Source of the DNA: Botryllus schlosseri
Taxonomy: Eukaryota
DNA length: 64,000 bases
Direction: 5' to 3'
Assembly: GCA_051294905.1 (NCBI GenBank)
Contig: CM119371.1
Location: forward strand, 37,822,001-37,886,000
The translations under genes were made by a program, and so were the position numbers. Positions 40,392-54,028 of this stretch are shown piece by piece (positions within the stretch are counted from its first letter, which is position 1; every line of letters starts with the position of its first letter). Under the pieces are notes generated by a model that saw nothing but the letters and a program-made list of their open reading frames with translations, had not been told where the DNA came from and made no database searches.

Positions 40392-42520
40392 GTTATAAGT
40401 CACAAGCTGAAATTACGCATGCGAAAGTGTCCCATGCTCAACTGTCGTTTTCGATTGTGTCGCATGCTCATATGTCGGGCAATCCGAGAAAATTGCTTGA
40501 GACATCCGAGTCATGATCTCTGTATTCTTGCATTCTGTATTCCGTAGCTTGTAGATTTGAAATGAAGATTGCAATTCTCTGCCTTGCCATTTACGCTTAC
40601 GTCGTCTACGCTTCTGAAGGTGAGTATTCTGCATTATGTTCTATGAAATATACCCATCTGATTATTAATTTTGTAGATCGTGTTGATGGTGAAACGAAAA
40701 CAAAGCAAGTGAGTCGTTATTCCGTCGCAATAAAAATAGCTCTCGAAAGGGAATTTCAGACATACGACGTGATCCTTTCTTCTCGGTTTAAAATCGAGCC
40801 AACAATTCACGCCGATCTCGACTTCAAGCTACTTAAGTTTTTTTCTGTGTTTTCAGGGAGTATATGACGCTCATTATTACAACCAAGGATATTACTCCTA
40901 CGACGCAAAGCGGGCGACCGTCGTCAGACCTCGACGCGCCCAAAGTTTGCAAATCGGTCTCCTTCTCTGGTTTTTAGTCAGTGAGTGATTCGAACATATT
41001 CATCGTTCATTCGCATGCTGAAAGACCGATTTAACTCACGACAAGTGGACGGTTCTACGAAATTTTTGTTGCAGTGTCCAGGGAACCTGCCACGACTACA
41101 GTTACAACACACACAGTGACAACAGTATCGACCACTGAGGTGAGATTATCTTCAATATTGATCTGACGAATCTTTGGCTTGTTGGTCTTGTTCGATATTT
41201 ACGAAGACTGACCGTATGGTCGCCTTAACAAGGTCGTAAAGATTCGGTGAGTTACAAGTCAATTTTATTTTAAAGTCAGGGATCATGCAGCGGATCAAGT
41301 CCGAGTCATAGTGTAGAGACTCGAGTACGAGTCCAAGTCGAAGAGTTCACTGTTCACTATTCATGCGAAATGACTCGGGTACAAGTTGAGTCAATACACA
41401 AATCGACTCAAGTCGAGTCATTTTCGATTTTTAATAAAATGACTCGAGTCAAGTGGAATCAACGAAAAATTGCGACTCGAGTCATTACAACACTGCACCT
41501 CAGTCCTGGTGAAGTGTGCTTTAGCTCAAACGAATTGGAATATACAAGAAAGAAAGACAATGCTGTGATATACCACGAAAGTTCCGTGGCGATAACGACG
41601 ATATTGTTGTAGCAAGAGTATCGATTTTTATTGTTTCCAATGATAATCCATAAGTCTTTTTAATCAGAATAGCAGTGACTCATAACATTTTTCGGTCTTG
41701 TATACACCGTGACATTAATCTATCACTGTTAATAAGTCACAAAATCGAAGAAAGCGAATACAAGAACAAATTCGACGGCATGCCCCGAAATATTAGGATA
41801 CGTTTGCAGGTGCAGAATAACAGAGTGACACAAGCACTGCGTTTCTCTGAAATTCATGCTGGACATTGTATATGATGAATTGTCCGCCAGTTTCTAGCAC
41901 ATTTTATGCGTTCTAATCAGGCGATTGACCAAGCCAATTTTCACAGATGTGCGTTCAAAAACCGCAATCTTCCGATCACTGGCAAATCATTATTTTGTCG
42001 CTTAGCCGATTTTGAGGAGTCAGCGTATTGAAATCAATATTCTCCCTAAATAGCGTAAAACGAGATGTTTTATCATCTTATGCGACATCACGATGATTCC
42101 ACTTTCGCGAGAGATAATGAGAAATGTCGCGCTTCGCTTCGCAGTTCTGGGAAAATGCGCTTTCGACAAACTTGCGCGGGCAGTTTTGGATGCTAGGGAC
42201 TTGTTTAATTTGTGAGCCATCTCATTGCCTTTAGTATACCGTCATGTCCGGTATTCTATACGAAAGCGATGTATTTATTTTGAAATTCAATATCGATAAG
42301 AGTGGCTATAATAGCATTGAAAATTGTCCCCCCAGGCTCAGATAGGCGGTCATGGTGATAAATGCGGTAAACCAATACTGCGAACGACGATTATCAGTTC
42401 GACAGGTATCGTGATTAAACGCAACTCGCCATTATGGCGGATCACCGCGCTAATCACCATAATAATCATTGGGGCCGATTGCTCTGAGCTCTGTTCATAT
42501 GAAAACACCGTCGTTCGACA

Positions 42521-42798
42521 GTGGCGAGATAGCGCAGTGGTATAATCCGCGGCTGCAACACCAATGGGTGCGGGTTCGAGTCCGACCGAGGTCGACTTCC
42601 GAATTCCGATATCTAAGTGTTGGAGGTTTACCTAGGCTCCTCCTCGCCACTTCATCCGCGTCGGCGGTGTCTTACAAAAGCCTAGAGGTGGGCCGTGCTA
42701 TAAGTCGGCAGTTACGGAAAAATAAGAAGAATATCGGCCTGGTGTAAATGACCATAGTAGTCGACAAACACCATGAATACCCCAAAACAAACAAACAA
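42521..42798 (+). mobile_element. Full-length tRNA-derived SINE family 1 in intron 4 of paralogue C
   Basis: A box TAGCGCAGTGG, B box GGTTCGAGTCC, (CAAA)n tail, 13-bp TSD accgtcgttcgac (42507-42519 and 42799-42811). Confidence 0.92.
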
Positions 42799-43959
42799 AC
42801 CGTCGTTCGACCAGTGCTGCGCCTTCTTTTACCTGCCGAGCGACCAACGCGTCTCCTTTTATCCGACGATCTACGAACGTGCTCTTGTTTTATCGGCCCA
42901 TCAACGTGCTTTATTCTATTTGACTATTCACCGATGCCGTACGATCAATGCGGTTTTTATCCGTTGCTTACATCTAAATGCTCCTGATGTTTCCTGTTGC
43001 TCAATAAAGTGCAATCCAGCGTATTCGCCGACTCTCTGTTGCGGACCCCAGATGGAAAGCGACGTTGTCTCACTCAGACAGCTTGCCACAGTTGAATTTG
43101 CAAAGGTTCTGGTGAAACCCGCTATATTTGTCTGATAATCCAATTCGCATTCAATTGCGCATGACTCGAACCAAGTCATGTGACTCAAGACTCAGACGGC
43201 CAAAAGAACGAGATTTCATTGTCATTTGGAAGAATAGTAAAGTAACCACACTATTGGGATTTCGTTTATTGGCAGTGGTACTTGAAAATGCGACCGGAAA
43301 CTGCTAAAAGTCAGGAAATTTTGTATAATATAAATACGAACCAATCAATATCACCAAACAGAGTTATAAAAAGTGGGTTTAACAAGACGTTGACTGGAAA
43401 CTGAGCAGGTAATACGATGACTTGAACTCGGACTCCAGTCTTGATACTCTGGCTCGGACTCGACTCTCTGCTCGATGACTTGGACTCGGACTTGACTCGG
43501 TGGTAAGTTGAAAATTATTCGACTTGACTCGAGTAAAAACTAGAAAAATGAGATTGACTTGTGACTCGGAGCCTTGTGACCTACTGGTTACAACCCTGCA
43601 TCGAAGCATCACCACCACGCTATATCCCCAACTAGCGTGACACAAATTGCTTGATCGCAAATGAGCTTAAAATATAAGAGATAGATTCGGCAATTCAGAA
43701 AAACGTGTGGTTTCTATTTCAAACTCCAACCTTCCGTGCGTACGCCACTGCCCACGACGTACCACTACATCAGTCACAATTTGACTACTGATTGGAAATA
43801 ATTTGACTGCAACCAACAATGGCCAAGACAGGCATGTTATCAGATATCATATGTTAATGTTGATTGTGGGTCGTGCGTGACCTCCAGATAACCCCTGATG
43901 TTCCAGGAAAAACCAGGTAAGACCCACGGGCTTAAACAAATATCACGCTTTCAATGCGT

Positions 43960-45445
43960 TTCTATGCAATTTGCCGTGAATACTAGTCAGTCGTCAAGTG
44001 TACCAGACCACAACCTGACATATCGATCTCGCCTTCGTTATTCAGTCATATGCCACACCATTTTGTCGCCTATCCTTTTATATATTTCCTTCTTTTACTT
44101 TTCATTCAGTGTCCATCTCCATATCTCCTCTTCACATCACCCAGGCCAGTTGTTCTTGACTTTGTCTCCGGCGCCCCCCAGGGGGCGATTTGGATTTTGA
44201 AGAGGGCGGAAACGCTCAGGGGGCGGAATGGGGGGCGCTGGGCTCAAGGGGGCGGTATGTGGGGCGCTTGAAGAAAAATCGCCTCTCAGTAGATGGTGTA
44301 GTAAGGACATATGATTATATAGTAAAACAATAGTTCTATAAATCCCTGAGTTCTCATTGCAAACTAACATTCGACAAAATCTGTCAAATCATGTTTTGTT
44401 GCGCTCATCGCAAAATGTCCACCGACGATGTTTCCATGAATGCAATGGTATATTTTAATTCTTGTAAAATGATTTAAGAGTACTTTTGGATTGCCAATTC
44501 CTCGTTAAACACTCCCGTCACACTAGCTACTCCAAGTCGTTTCGACAACTTCCTATCTTTTCATTGTATCACAGTTTCGTGGTGTTTTGAAATGATGAAC
44601 ATAATAATAAACTGATATTTATACAGATAGCTCGGGTTATTTTCCACAAAATGTTTTGAACTAGGTATTGTATCCTGCATCGCACTGCGTGTCGAAATCG
44701 AAAAAGCCTCGTAGGTCACTGTACAACTTTTGAGAGTGATGCTCTGTCAATTAAAGATATTTTGAAGCTTTTTAGCCAAACTGATTAACTAAATATATTT
44801 GTATTTGAGAGCTACAAAATTAAATCGTCAGAATATTTCATCATCGCATCATAAAGGATTATACTGCTTAGGTTATTGTTGTTACCCCCATTCATGTTAA
44901 AGCTAAAAGCTTGGTGTAGTACTAAATTTTATGTGAGAAAATCTCTAGTACATTCTCAGTTGATTTACTATAGTCACACGAAGCAATAGAACAAAACCCG
45001 CTACAATTAACTTCCCCGTATTGTCAATCACAGAGGAGAATTCGGGATGTGTATACATCGATCTCGAGCCAAATGCTATGAGCCCGTAGGCCTTATGCGA
45101 TGGTTGTTATAACAACCCGGATTTGATGTCGAAAATAGCACATGCAATTATACTGTAAATTGGTGAAGTGTTCTAATAGTGAAGTCCCAACCCGAATTCG
45201 GACTTGGGCCACGTACCCATTGTTTTTACTACAGTCCTTGAAATAGGGGGGCGCCGGACCCAGGTAATTGTTGAAAGGGTGCGCTGGAGAAACAAAAAGG
45301 TTAGGAACCACTGACCTAGACCCATGTAGGGGTCTGATTTGAAATACTATACTCCAAATCGTTTCGACACCTTCTTATCCTTTCGTTGTGTCGCAGTTTT
45401 GCGGTGTTTTGAAGTAATAAATCATCAATAAACTGATATTGATAA
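43960..45445 (+). mobile_element. LINE (second family) 3' UTR interrupted by hAT element 44147-45313
   Basis: cctgacatatcgatctc...tcgtttcgaca...AATAAACTGATA matches 22960-23190. The hAT TSD is acccaggc/acctagac. Confidence 0.7.
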
Positions 45446-48400
45446 TGATCTTACCTGTCCTATTTCTTCAGAATCCGTTAGAAGGCTGGAAGCAGATCGG
45501 GGATGATAATTGCTACTACATATTGTCATCGACTACCGCCACCTGGACGACGCCGATGACGCATGTAAAGGCCTCATAGACGGAGGCAGACTAGCAGTCG
45601 TTGGTTTCAACAAGTTGTCCGATGAGAGAACGTGAGATGATTTTCTTGGTTTTCAATCGAATGGGATTCCCGTCGTCTGCCTAAAATGTTGCAGGGCTCT
45701 GAGCGAGGAGGTTGGCGCTACGGGAACCACTTTCTGGATTGGGGCCAAGGGTGTGTCGGAATTGACCAATGGTTATGTCAACCTTGCACAATTTATCGCT
45801 CCGTTGGATGGATTGAGTGCGTTAGGCTCGCATACCCTCTTCAGTGCGTCGATAGCTGACAGTAGTCCTGACGGTACCACCATCTGTGCGCGCGTGGGTG
45901 CCTCTGATCCTGACGATCTGAAGTTCGAGAACTGTGCGGTCGAATCCCGCCGCTACATGTGCGAACATTGCGTTTAGAAAAAGCGAATCTGGACCGAACC
46001 GGATACAATGACTGACGTTTTTCATGGAATCGAAGAATTCAAGGCCTGCCGGACGGTATCGGATCTGATTTATCCACATACCCCCCCCCCCCCCCCCCAT
46101 ACTCAAAAATTCTAGTATATAGGCTTCGTTTCGATTATATAGACATATTACCATATGTCCTCTTTTATGAAGATATGTCCTCTTTACTCAAGAAAAGTGC
46201 ATGGATGGTCACTGCTTGAAAATGCCCAAACGTCCTCTTTTTCCCGCCTATTCTTTCAACAAGGATTCTATACGAGACGCTGTATTTATGTACAGAAAAT
46301 TACTGTAGCCACGAAACGCGCAGAATTGCTTGTTTAGAACAGGTTTTCCAACAAATTGCCTTACCAGCTCTTTCTTCTTGATTGTTCTTGCAAACATTGT
46401 TCAACGTTCTCCGTAACATCTGAGCCTTTTTACGTGCCAGGATCTGATGCAATTTCTCTGGCGCCCGTTCAAACTTAGGATCAGTTTCGAGCATCTATAC
46501 CAGCGGTCGGGAACCTATGGCTCGCGAGCCATATATGGCTCTTTTGGGTGTAAGATATGGCTCTTTCGCAAATTTGTAATTTTGTACCGAATTGATCAAT
46601 ATTGCAGCAATTTGTTAGTAAATTGTCATCACAGACAGAATATTTATTGTCGTGGCAGTAAAAACACGTCTCGGAGAGGTAAAGACAATGCAAATTCAGG
46701 GCTCGGGATCTACTTTTCAAAATCCTCAAATTCAAGTTGCTGTCGCGCCTGCGACCAATATCACTCGCAAATTCGATGTACTCGACTCGAAATTTTGTAA
46801 TGCACGATACGTTGAATGATCAAAGAGAATAGCATACATACACTGTAAATTCGAGACAACACAACCGCCCTATTTTACGTTGGTGGCAACGGCCAATGGT
46901 GTAAACAACGCCGCGATCGAGAGAAATTTGATGTCTTCCCTTTTTTCGCGTTCACTTTTTCTCAATACTGACAACGTCATCACCTGTCGCACACAGCCAT
47001 GTGGTTCTTTTGCGATACGACGTCATGACAGGTTGAGTATGCGGCTGTGCGGTGTGCGTCGATTTGAGGACTTTCTTAGCCATTACCGGTATCGCATCTC
47101 ACCATATCGATAAATTGAAAGGTAAAAGCTAAAGTATTCGCCTTCCTTAGTATGTTACATCATGGTATGCTACAATATTAGTGCAATCAGGGCTTAGTTA
47201 GGCTGGTGTAGTGACATTTTGAAAGTTTGAGGAAATTTACAACATGGTCCTGGTCAGGCATTACACCATTTGCTTGCTTAATTATGAAGCACTTAAGGCT
47301 CGAAGGAGATGTGGTATAGGTGGTTGATGTCGTTTTCAGGGCCTGGCCAACTAATAGACGTTGAATGGTTTTTACATGACCATCACCTATTCGTGTTCCC
47401 CCTGAACATGCCTTGTACACGAAGTGTTAATTGGCAAACAACATATCCTATGGAGAATCTATTTCTGTAAAGTCTGTGTAGTCTACATGATAATTCAGTC
47501 GACAGTGATGATTTTATTCCTATGCTCTGATAACTCTCTCTGCTAGAAGAGTTTATATCCACTTGTAAATTCTATGTTATTCGTGGTTTGATCCATTGTA
47601 AACATTGATACGAGCTCACTTGATCACCACGAATCAGTGTTCCCTATGAACATGTTTTGTGCAAATTGTTGCGCAAAATATTAATTATTTATTCCTCATA
47701 ATTGTTGCTTCGCCTTAACCTGTGTAGTGTGTACCTCATGATGTATAGTTGGCAGTGATGATGTATTCATGTACTTTCTTGGATTCAATGAATCAACAAT
47801 GTAGTTGATTCGATTTATTCATGTGCTTTGATATCTCTCCTGATTGGCCGTGTGAAACCTTTCCACACTGCTTTATTATTCAGTGCATCTTGGGTGGGGT
47901 TGAAAGGTTTTACCAAATGTAATCATGAATATTAATTTGACAGATATATGTTATTAATGCAGAAATAATGCCTCGTCGATAATAAGTTCATCAAATAATG
48001 TCCCGTCTACAATCCTGTTGGCTGTGCTAATTTTTTGATAGCCCGAATAAGCTTTAAAAACACTTGCTGAAGTGCCACAAGAATCGCCACCTGTACGGAC
48101 AATCGGACATCGACGTTCTAAGATAATGCAAAAAGACAATCCTCTGTCGGGAATACTTGATCGGTTTCCTTCCTTGACTGATATCAAACTGGTGAGTGTG
48201 GGTATTACATCATGGAACCATTTTAAAATCACTTTATAGTTCATCGTACTCGTGTGGTAGACGGTAAGGCAAGGCAGACTTGGACAACAAGAAAATGTTC
48301 AGCTTTTTCAAATTAGATTACAAGTCTAGCTGCACATTTTTCCTGAATTAGACAAATTAGAAATACGGTTATGCTGCATTTTCCCAAATTATATTCCAAT

Positions 48401-48651
48401 TGTGGCTAAAGGTATTTTTTAAATTAGATTATAAATAGATTTACTGAATTTTTGAAAACCGGACATTCAATCAAGTTGAGTTCATATCAGATCAGAGTTC
48501 AATCTCATAAGGATGGGAATAGAAAATGTTTGTTCAGCAAGATTGCCTTGGTCCGCACTATACAGTTCTTCTGTAGCTTTTTCCGGAAAACCTTGAATAA
48601 GATTAAAACTAGAACAATTGCAAACTCATTCATGGATTTTAGTCTTTTATG

Positions 48652-49196
48652 CAGGGTTGTAACCAAGTCACAAGGCTCCGAGTCACAAGTCAATCTCACT
48701 TTTATAGATTGACCTGAGTCAAGTCGAGTCATTTTCAATTCACCATTGAGTCAAGTCGAAGTCAGCGAGCAGATGATAGAGTCCGAGCCGTGGTAATATG
48801 ACTCGAGTCCGAGTCCAAGTCATTGTATTGACTGCTAAGTTTGCAGTTAAAGTCTTGTTAATCCACTTTTTATAGCTCTGCTTGGCGATATCGAATGGTT
48901 CGCATTTATAATAAACTGATTATCCTCACTTTTAGCAGTTTCTGGTCACATTTATAATACTGATACCAATATACGTAATCCCAATAGTGTGGTTACTTAT
49001 CATTCCTCGAAAGTGCAATGAAGTGTAGGCCCGAGTCTCGAATCATTTGACTTGGTTCGAGTTGTGCGCAATGACCCGACTCCAAGTCGAGTCAATATAC
49101 AGATTGACTCGAGTCGAGTCATTTCCGTATTTTGAGAAAATGACTCGGGTCAAGTCGCGTCATCAGAAAATCGTGACTCGAGTCATTACAACCCTG
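48652..49196. mobile_element. GACTCGAGTC-family hAT MITE nested in the EnSpm element
   Basis: TIR CAGGGTTGTAA; TSD cttttatg on both sides. Confidence 0.88.
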
Positions 49197-51794
49197 CTTT
49201 TATGTGAGCACAAAATATTCCTAACATTCTCAGTGTCACATTTTTCTAGGCCTCAACATTTGTTGCGTAAAAGATTGTGGCAGCCATAGATACGGCCTAC
49301 CATATCTGCTTACATATTTGGTAGTAATATGGGAAACTACAACATTAATTCCACTATAGTTATTCATAACTTCACGACTACTAGCAATTTCAGTCTGTCC
49401 AGTAAGACGTCATGACGACATGGTTAGTCCATAACTCACTGTAAATATACCATGGAAAGTTCAACGTGGGTATTTGGTGTCAAGATAGTTCATTATAACT
49501 ATGCACTAAAATGCAGCCGTGGGCTACATAGGAAATCGAAACGAGGTCGTGAATAACAAAAAATGATGGCCGGTCCTGGCCTAATGTTATCAGCCATTTC
49601 TATGAGTGTTTTGTGATGATTTTACTGTTCACCTCAGATCAGAGAACAGTTCAAGAACATAATCGCGCCAACAACCATTGAAGACACGAAAAGCTGTTAT
49701 CAAAATATGATAGTTATTGGATGTAATATTCCAGGTAAATTTGGACGTGCATATTGAGTGTGCTTTGGCATTAGTAATAACTATTTTATCATTCCATTTC
49801 ATCAGTCCACTGAAAGGTGACAAGGATGAACTCTCCAAGCTGCTGTAACTACAAATCGGAACTCGCAAACGCCAGAATTAACTGCCGACAAAAATCGGTT
49901 TGACTGCTTTGCCAGTCCAACAGGTACATAACAAATACATAATTGCTTCTTCCATTAATATGTAATTGGAATATGTTTAGGTAGGAAAGGCTAACCTGTA
50001 AATAGATGTATTTCATGGATATCCTAACTTGACTTTGAATTTTTTCGAAGCGATTACTAAAATTCGTATGTAAGCACATGCTTCACCAGTATGTCTTGTG
50101 TTTCAGGCTCACGACATAGAGACCAAGAGTCAAAAGCATTATCCCCGCATCTAGTTGTCGCAAGACATCAGGATGGGTCAATTCAAGGCTGGGTCATAGC
50201 TGTTGGGAAATCCGTCCCGTGAGGTAACGGCGGTGCAATGGTGTTCGATATTCTATTCGATATGATGGCATGTTATTATGCCTGGGATGTGTCATACCCG
50301 AAGGAATTTCAATTCCTGGCATTTATTCAGAGGGTTGTTGTCGGCGATAAAAACACCCAATATATCTCTAAAAAGTTTAATAATTTTTTTAGGAAATTTG
50401 AACATGTATTGTAAGGGCATAATAGGCCTCTTTCTTTGACTTGTGGTTATCATTGTGCAAGTTGTTAAACAGTACCTCATCCTTTGCTTGTATCTCGGCT
50501 CACGGTCTTGTTTATTTTGCAGTATTTCGTTAGTATATACATCCCATTAGCTTCGTCGACACTGGACATAGCATGCGACTTGATAGTGCATGACACATAT
50601 GGGTTTAATTTATTGTCAGTGAAAAATTGAATAATTTCTTCAACAACAATTTTGAGCACATACTGTAAGGTCCTGATAGGCCCACTAATTTGACTTGGTT
50701 ATTGCTGTGCAAGTAGTTCATACTCTACTTTTATCTTGGGACACTGTTTTGCTTTCTTTTGCAATATTTCGTTTATATATTTCAGTCCAGTAGATCCGTG
50801 GGCATGAGCGTGTGACTGGATAGCTTGGTACTCTTCAGCATTCTTGTTGAATCCACTTTTTTCAACTCTGGTTGGTGACATCGAATGATTGCATTCATGT
50901 TATACCAATTTTCCTCACTTTAGCAGTTTCTGGTCACATTTTCAAGTACCAGTACCAATAGACGAAATATCAATAGTGTGGTCACTTTACTATTCTTCGA
51001 AATTACAATGAAATGTTGGTCTTGGCCGCCTGAGTCTCGAGTCACATGGCTTGGTACGAGTCATGCGCAATGACTCGAGTCCAAGTTGAGTCGATATACA
51101 TAGATTGATTTGAGTCGAGTCATTTCCGTGTTTTGGGAAAATGACTCGAGTCATCAGAAAATCCTGAATCGAGTCATTAGAACCCTGGCGATTCGGGTGC
51201 GTTGAGTAAGATGACATGAATAGAGAGATTAGTCCATAGCCCACTGAAAATAGATCATGGACATTTTAACAGGGGTATTTGGCACCTAGTTAGTTCCTTG
51301 CAACTATGCACTGGAATGCGGCCGTAGGCTACATAGATAATCAAAATGCTGACGTGAATAGCATTGACGTGAATAGCAAAAAGGCCCTCTTATTTTATCA
51401 GCCACCTCTATCAGTGTTTCGTGTCGGTATTACTTTTTGTCTCAGGTCAGAGAAGATTTCAAGAGCATAATTGCGCCAACAATCATTGACGACATGAGAA
51501 GCAATAATCAACAAATATTGAATATATTGGATAAGATTTTTCAGGTAAAGTGGAACCTAAAATTCATCTTGATTCAGCATTAGTAGTGACCGTTATATCA
51601 TTCAATTTCATCAGTCCAGTGGAGGTGACAGGGATGAGCTGACCAAACTGCTGGAATTACAGTCGTAACTTTCGGATGCCTAAATTACCTGCCGACAAAA
51701 GAGGGGGTTATCTGCGCTGGTGGTTCCACAGGTGCATAATGAATACCGAATTGCTACTTCCATTAATATATGATGAGAAAACATTACTGTATAG

Positions 51795-52074
51795 CAGTGG
51801 TTCTCAACCTTTTTTTAGACACGCCCCTCTATTTGATAGTGACAAATTTCGCGCCCCCCTTATCATCATATCACAAAATCCAACTTGGATGCTAGCAACC
51901 CCAACAGATTGTTTGGTGGTATGGACGATTATGAAGGTTGATGAGAGAATAAATATATATAATATTGGGCCTATATGTAGAGAAACACGCGTGCATTGTA
52001 GGTCAATCGTGCGTGGCGCGAAAAAAATTTTCAGGTGACCGCTTCTTCGCGCCCCCCCAGGTTGAGAACCCCTG
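51795..52074. mobile_element. Charlie/Buster-type MITE nested in the EnSpm element
   Basis: TSD ctgtatag on both sides. Confidence 0.88.
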
Positions 52075-54028
52075 CTGTATAGGATGGGAAAGCATAACGG
52101 AATAGAAAGAAACCTATTAATGGGTCTATTTCATGGATGTCCTTACCTGATGATTTCAGATTTTTTTCAAGCGATTTCCAAAATTCGCATGTAGGTGTAC
52201 ACTTGAACATGTGTCTGTGTTTCAGGCCCTCGACATAGAGACCAAGAGTCAGAAGCATGATACTTCACATTTAGTCGTCTCAAGACATCAGGATGGTTCG
52301 ATCCAAGGCTGGATTCTAGCTGTGGGGGAATCGATTCCTTGCGGTGATAAAGACGCAACGGTTTTAGATGTTTTAATTGATATGATGGCATGTTATTATG
52401 CCTGGGATGTGTCATGCCCCAAGGAATTTCAAATCCTGGCATTTGTTAAGAGGCTTGTTGTTGGCGACAGAAACACCCAATATATCTCCGAAAAATTGAG
52501 CAATTTCTTTGGGAAATTTGAACACATGTGAAGTGTGAACACATGCAGTAAGGGCATAATAAGCCCCTTTCTTTGGTTGGTTAGTACTGTCCAAGATTTT
52601 TACAGTAGTTCATACTGAACTTTTATCTTGTCACACTGTCTTCTTTTATTTTGCAGTATTTCGCTAATGTAATACATCATTCCAGTAGATCAGTGGAGAT
52701 ATAAGCATGTCCCGTGATATCCTTTGACACTTTAGCATATGGGTTGAATTCTGCCCTATGCTGGGTATAATCGTTACATTTAGGGGTAGATAAGGGTCAG
52801 TTTGATTATATGTAATGGTTAATTTGAGGGTCGGGTTAAGTTCGGGGGTTATTAAGTCATATGCGGCAGTTCTTTATGCTTAGTTACCGCATGCTCTAAA
52901 ATGGCTTCAATCTAATTATTTCATGCTGTGCCACAATTCTTTATTTGTACTAGCAACAGTACTGTTTCATTGTGCATAACTTGCATTTAGCATTGCTTAA
53001 GGCTTATTACTGTCGCTGATTTTGTGCAGAACTTGCATTTAGCATTGCTTAATGCTTATTACTGTCGTTGATTTTTAATATGACGGTTTCATTGCAAACT
53101 ATGGAATGATTTTTATGCTGCATTACAAGCGGCGGGGTGTGTGCCTAGTATGCCAGAACATTTAGTAATTCATTTTAATCACTGCGGGGAGAGGTCGTGC
53201 ACGCCAGATTGTTTAGTAATCAATTTGAACAGCTACAGAGGGTGATTTAGGCCTGATTATTGGGGTTCATGCACGGTGTAGAAAACTCCTATATGAGACA
53301 ACACATCTTTTGACACCGGGTATATGGCACAACACAGTATTTGACAACGCCAAACCAAAACGCGAAACATCTTTTCAGGTGTTTAGTTTTTTTACACAAA
53401 ACGCGTTCTTTTTGGTGTCGTCACCAACGGTAAAAAATTTACAGTGTATAGGGAGGACCGTATTAAAATACAAATTTCAAATACACGATGTCTTCCTGAT
53501 CTTCAGTGAGATATGAGCTGCCGTGGCAGCGACATTCATAATCACAAACTCGAATTACATACAAGGTCGTAGCTGTCAACGTCCTTGATTCGTAAGTCCA
53601 GCGATAAAATGTAGGCGTGCAGCACAACGCTATATGTTACCGAGGTGCGCCGAATACTATGAGAATTGAGAAGTCGATCAACATTTACATTTTCAGAATC
53701 AGTGCTACAGTTACACTGCAATAATATCGGTGATAATGAATTCGATGCTATCTACTATGAATTACGCTATCAATGAGGAGGTTTGTCCGCCTGTGCCTTA
53801 CCTCTCGTTTCGCACTTTATTTTGGAACAATAATTATGCATATTGTGTGATTTTGGGAAAAATCTTTAAATTCTAGCCATTCATGACCAATGACCATCGA
53901 TAGAAAGCTCCAATAGTAATTGAATGTTTCACAATTTTCGTTCACTCATCTAGACGACAATTGGGGCACGGCCTCATTTACCTCTCCTGACCCCACGTCT
54001 CTGATGTATCACACCTTAGAGTAGGTAT

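Larger units (their letters stand above)
40562..45977 (+). pseudogene. Paralogue C of the C-type lectin-like family, with a 1-nt frameshift in exon 5 (pseudogene, null allele or assembly indel)
   Basis: Exons 40562-40619 (MKIAILCLAIYAYVVYASE), 40677-40708, 40857-40980 (GVYDAHYYNQGYYSY...IGLLLWFLV), 41075-41139 (Thr-rich), 45472-45631 and 45695-45977 (FWIGAKG...TICARV...FENCAVESRRYMCEHCV*). Exon 5 is 160 nt where phase 2 requires 161. Adding one G at TGG|AC (45544-45548) restores WDDADDACKGLIDGGRLAVVG; as written it stops at TAG 45577-45579. Confidence 0.75.
47960..52531 (+). pseudogene. Decayed, partly duplicated SAMD3-like (animal EnSpm ORF2-type) gene
   Basis: Spliced remnants: ...KDNPLSGILDRFPSLTDIKL (ends ~48191, then gtgagt), VREDFKSIIAPT...ILDKIFQ (51446-51544), and ALDIET...MMACYYAWDVSCPKEFQILAFVKRLVVG (52226-52531). 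A second copy at 49638-50413 has frameshifts and a stop. Confidence 0.6.
46841..53447 (+). mobile_element. Defective EnSpm/CACTA (CACTG-ended) element
   Basis: CACTGTAAATT...AATTTACAGTG with a TA duplication and further subterminal similarity (ttttac(c)gttggtg). Contains ORF2-like exon remnants. Confidence 0.7.

Noticed and set aside
42521..42600. tRNA gene-like sequences (also 35267, 56766, 63350)
   Set aside because: They continue into shared non-tRNA bodies with tails and TSDs and have poor acceptor stems, so they are SINE heads rather than tRNA genes.
46080..46098. Long poly-C runs (also 27120, 28275) as functional G-quadruplexes
   Set aside because: They are homopolymer expansions within or beside repeats, with no supporting evidence.
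52969..53075. 2 x ~54-bp tandem repeat
   Set aside because: An ordinary local duplication near the end of the EnSpm element.
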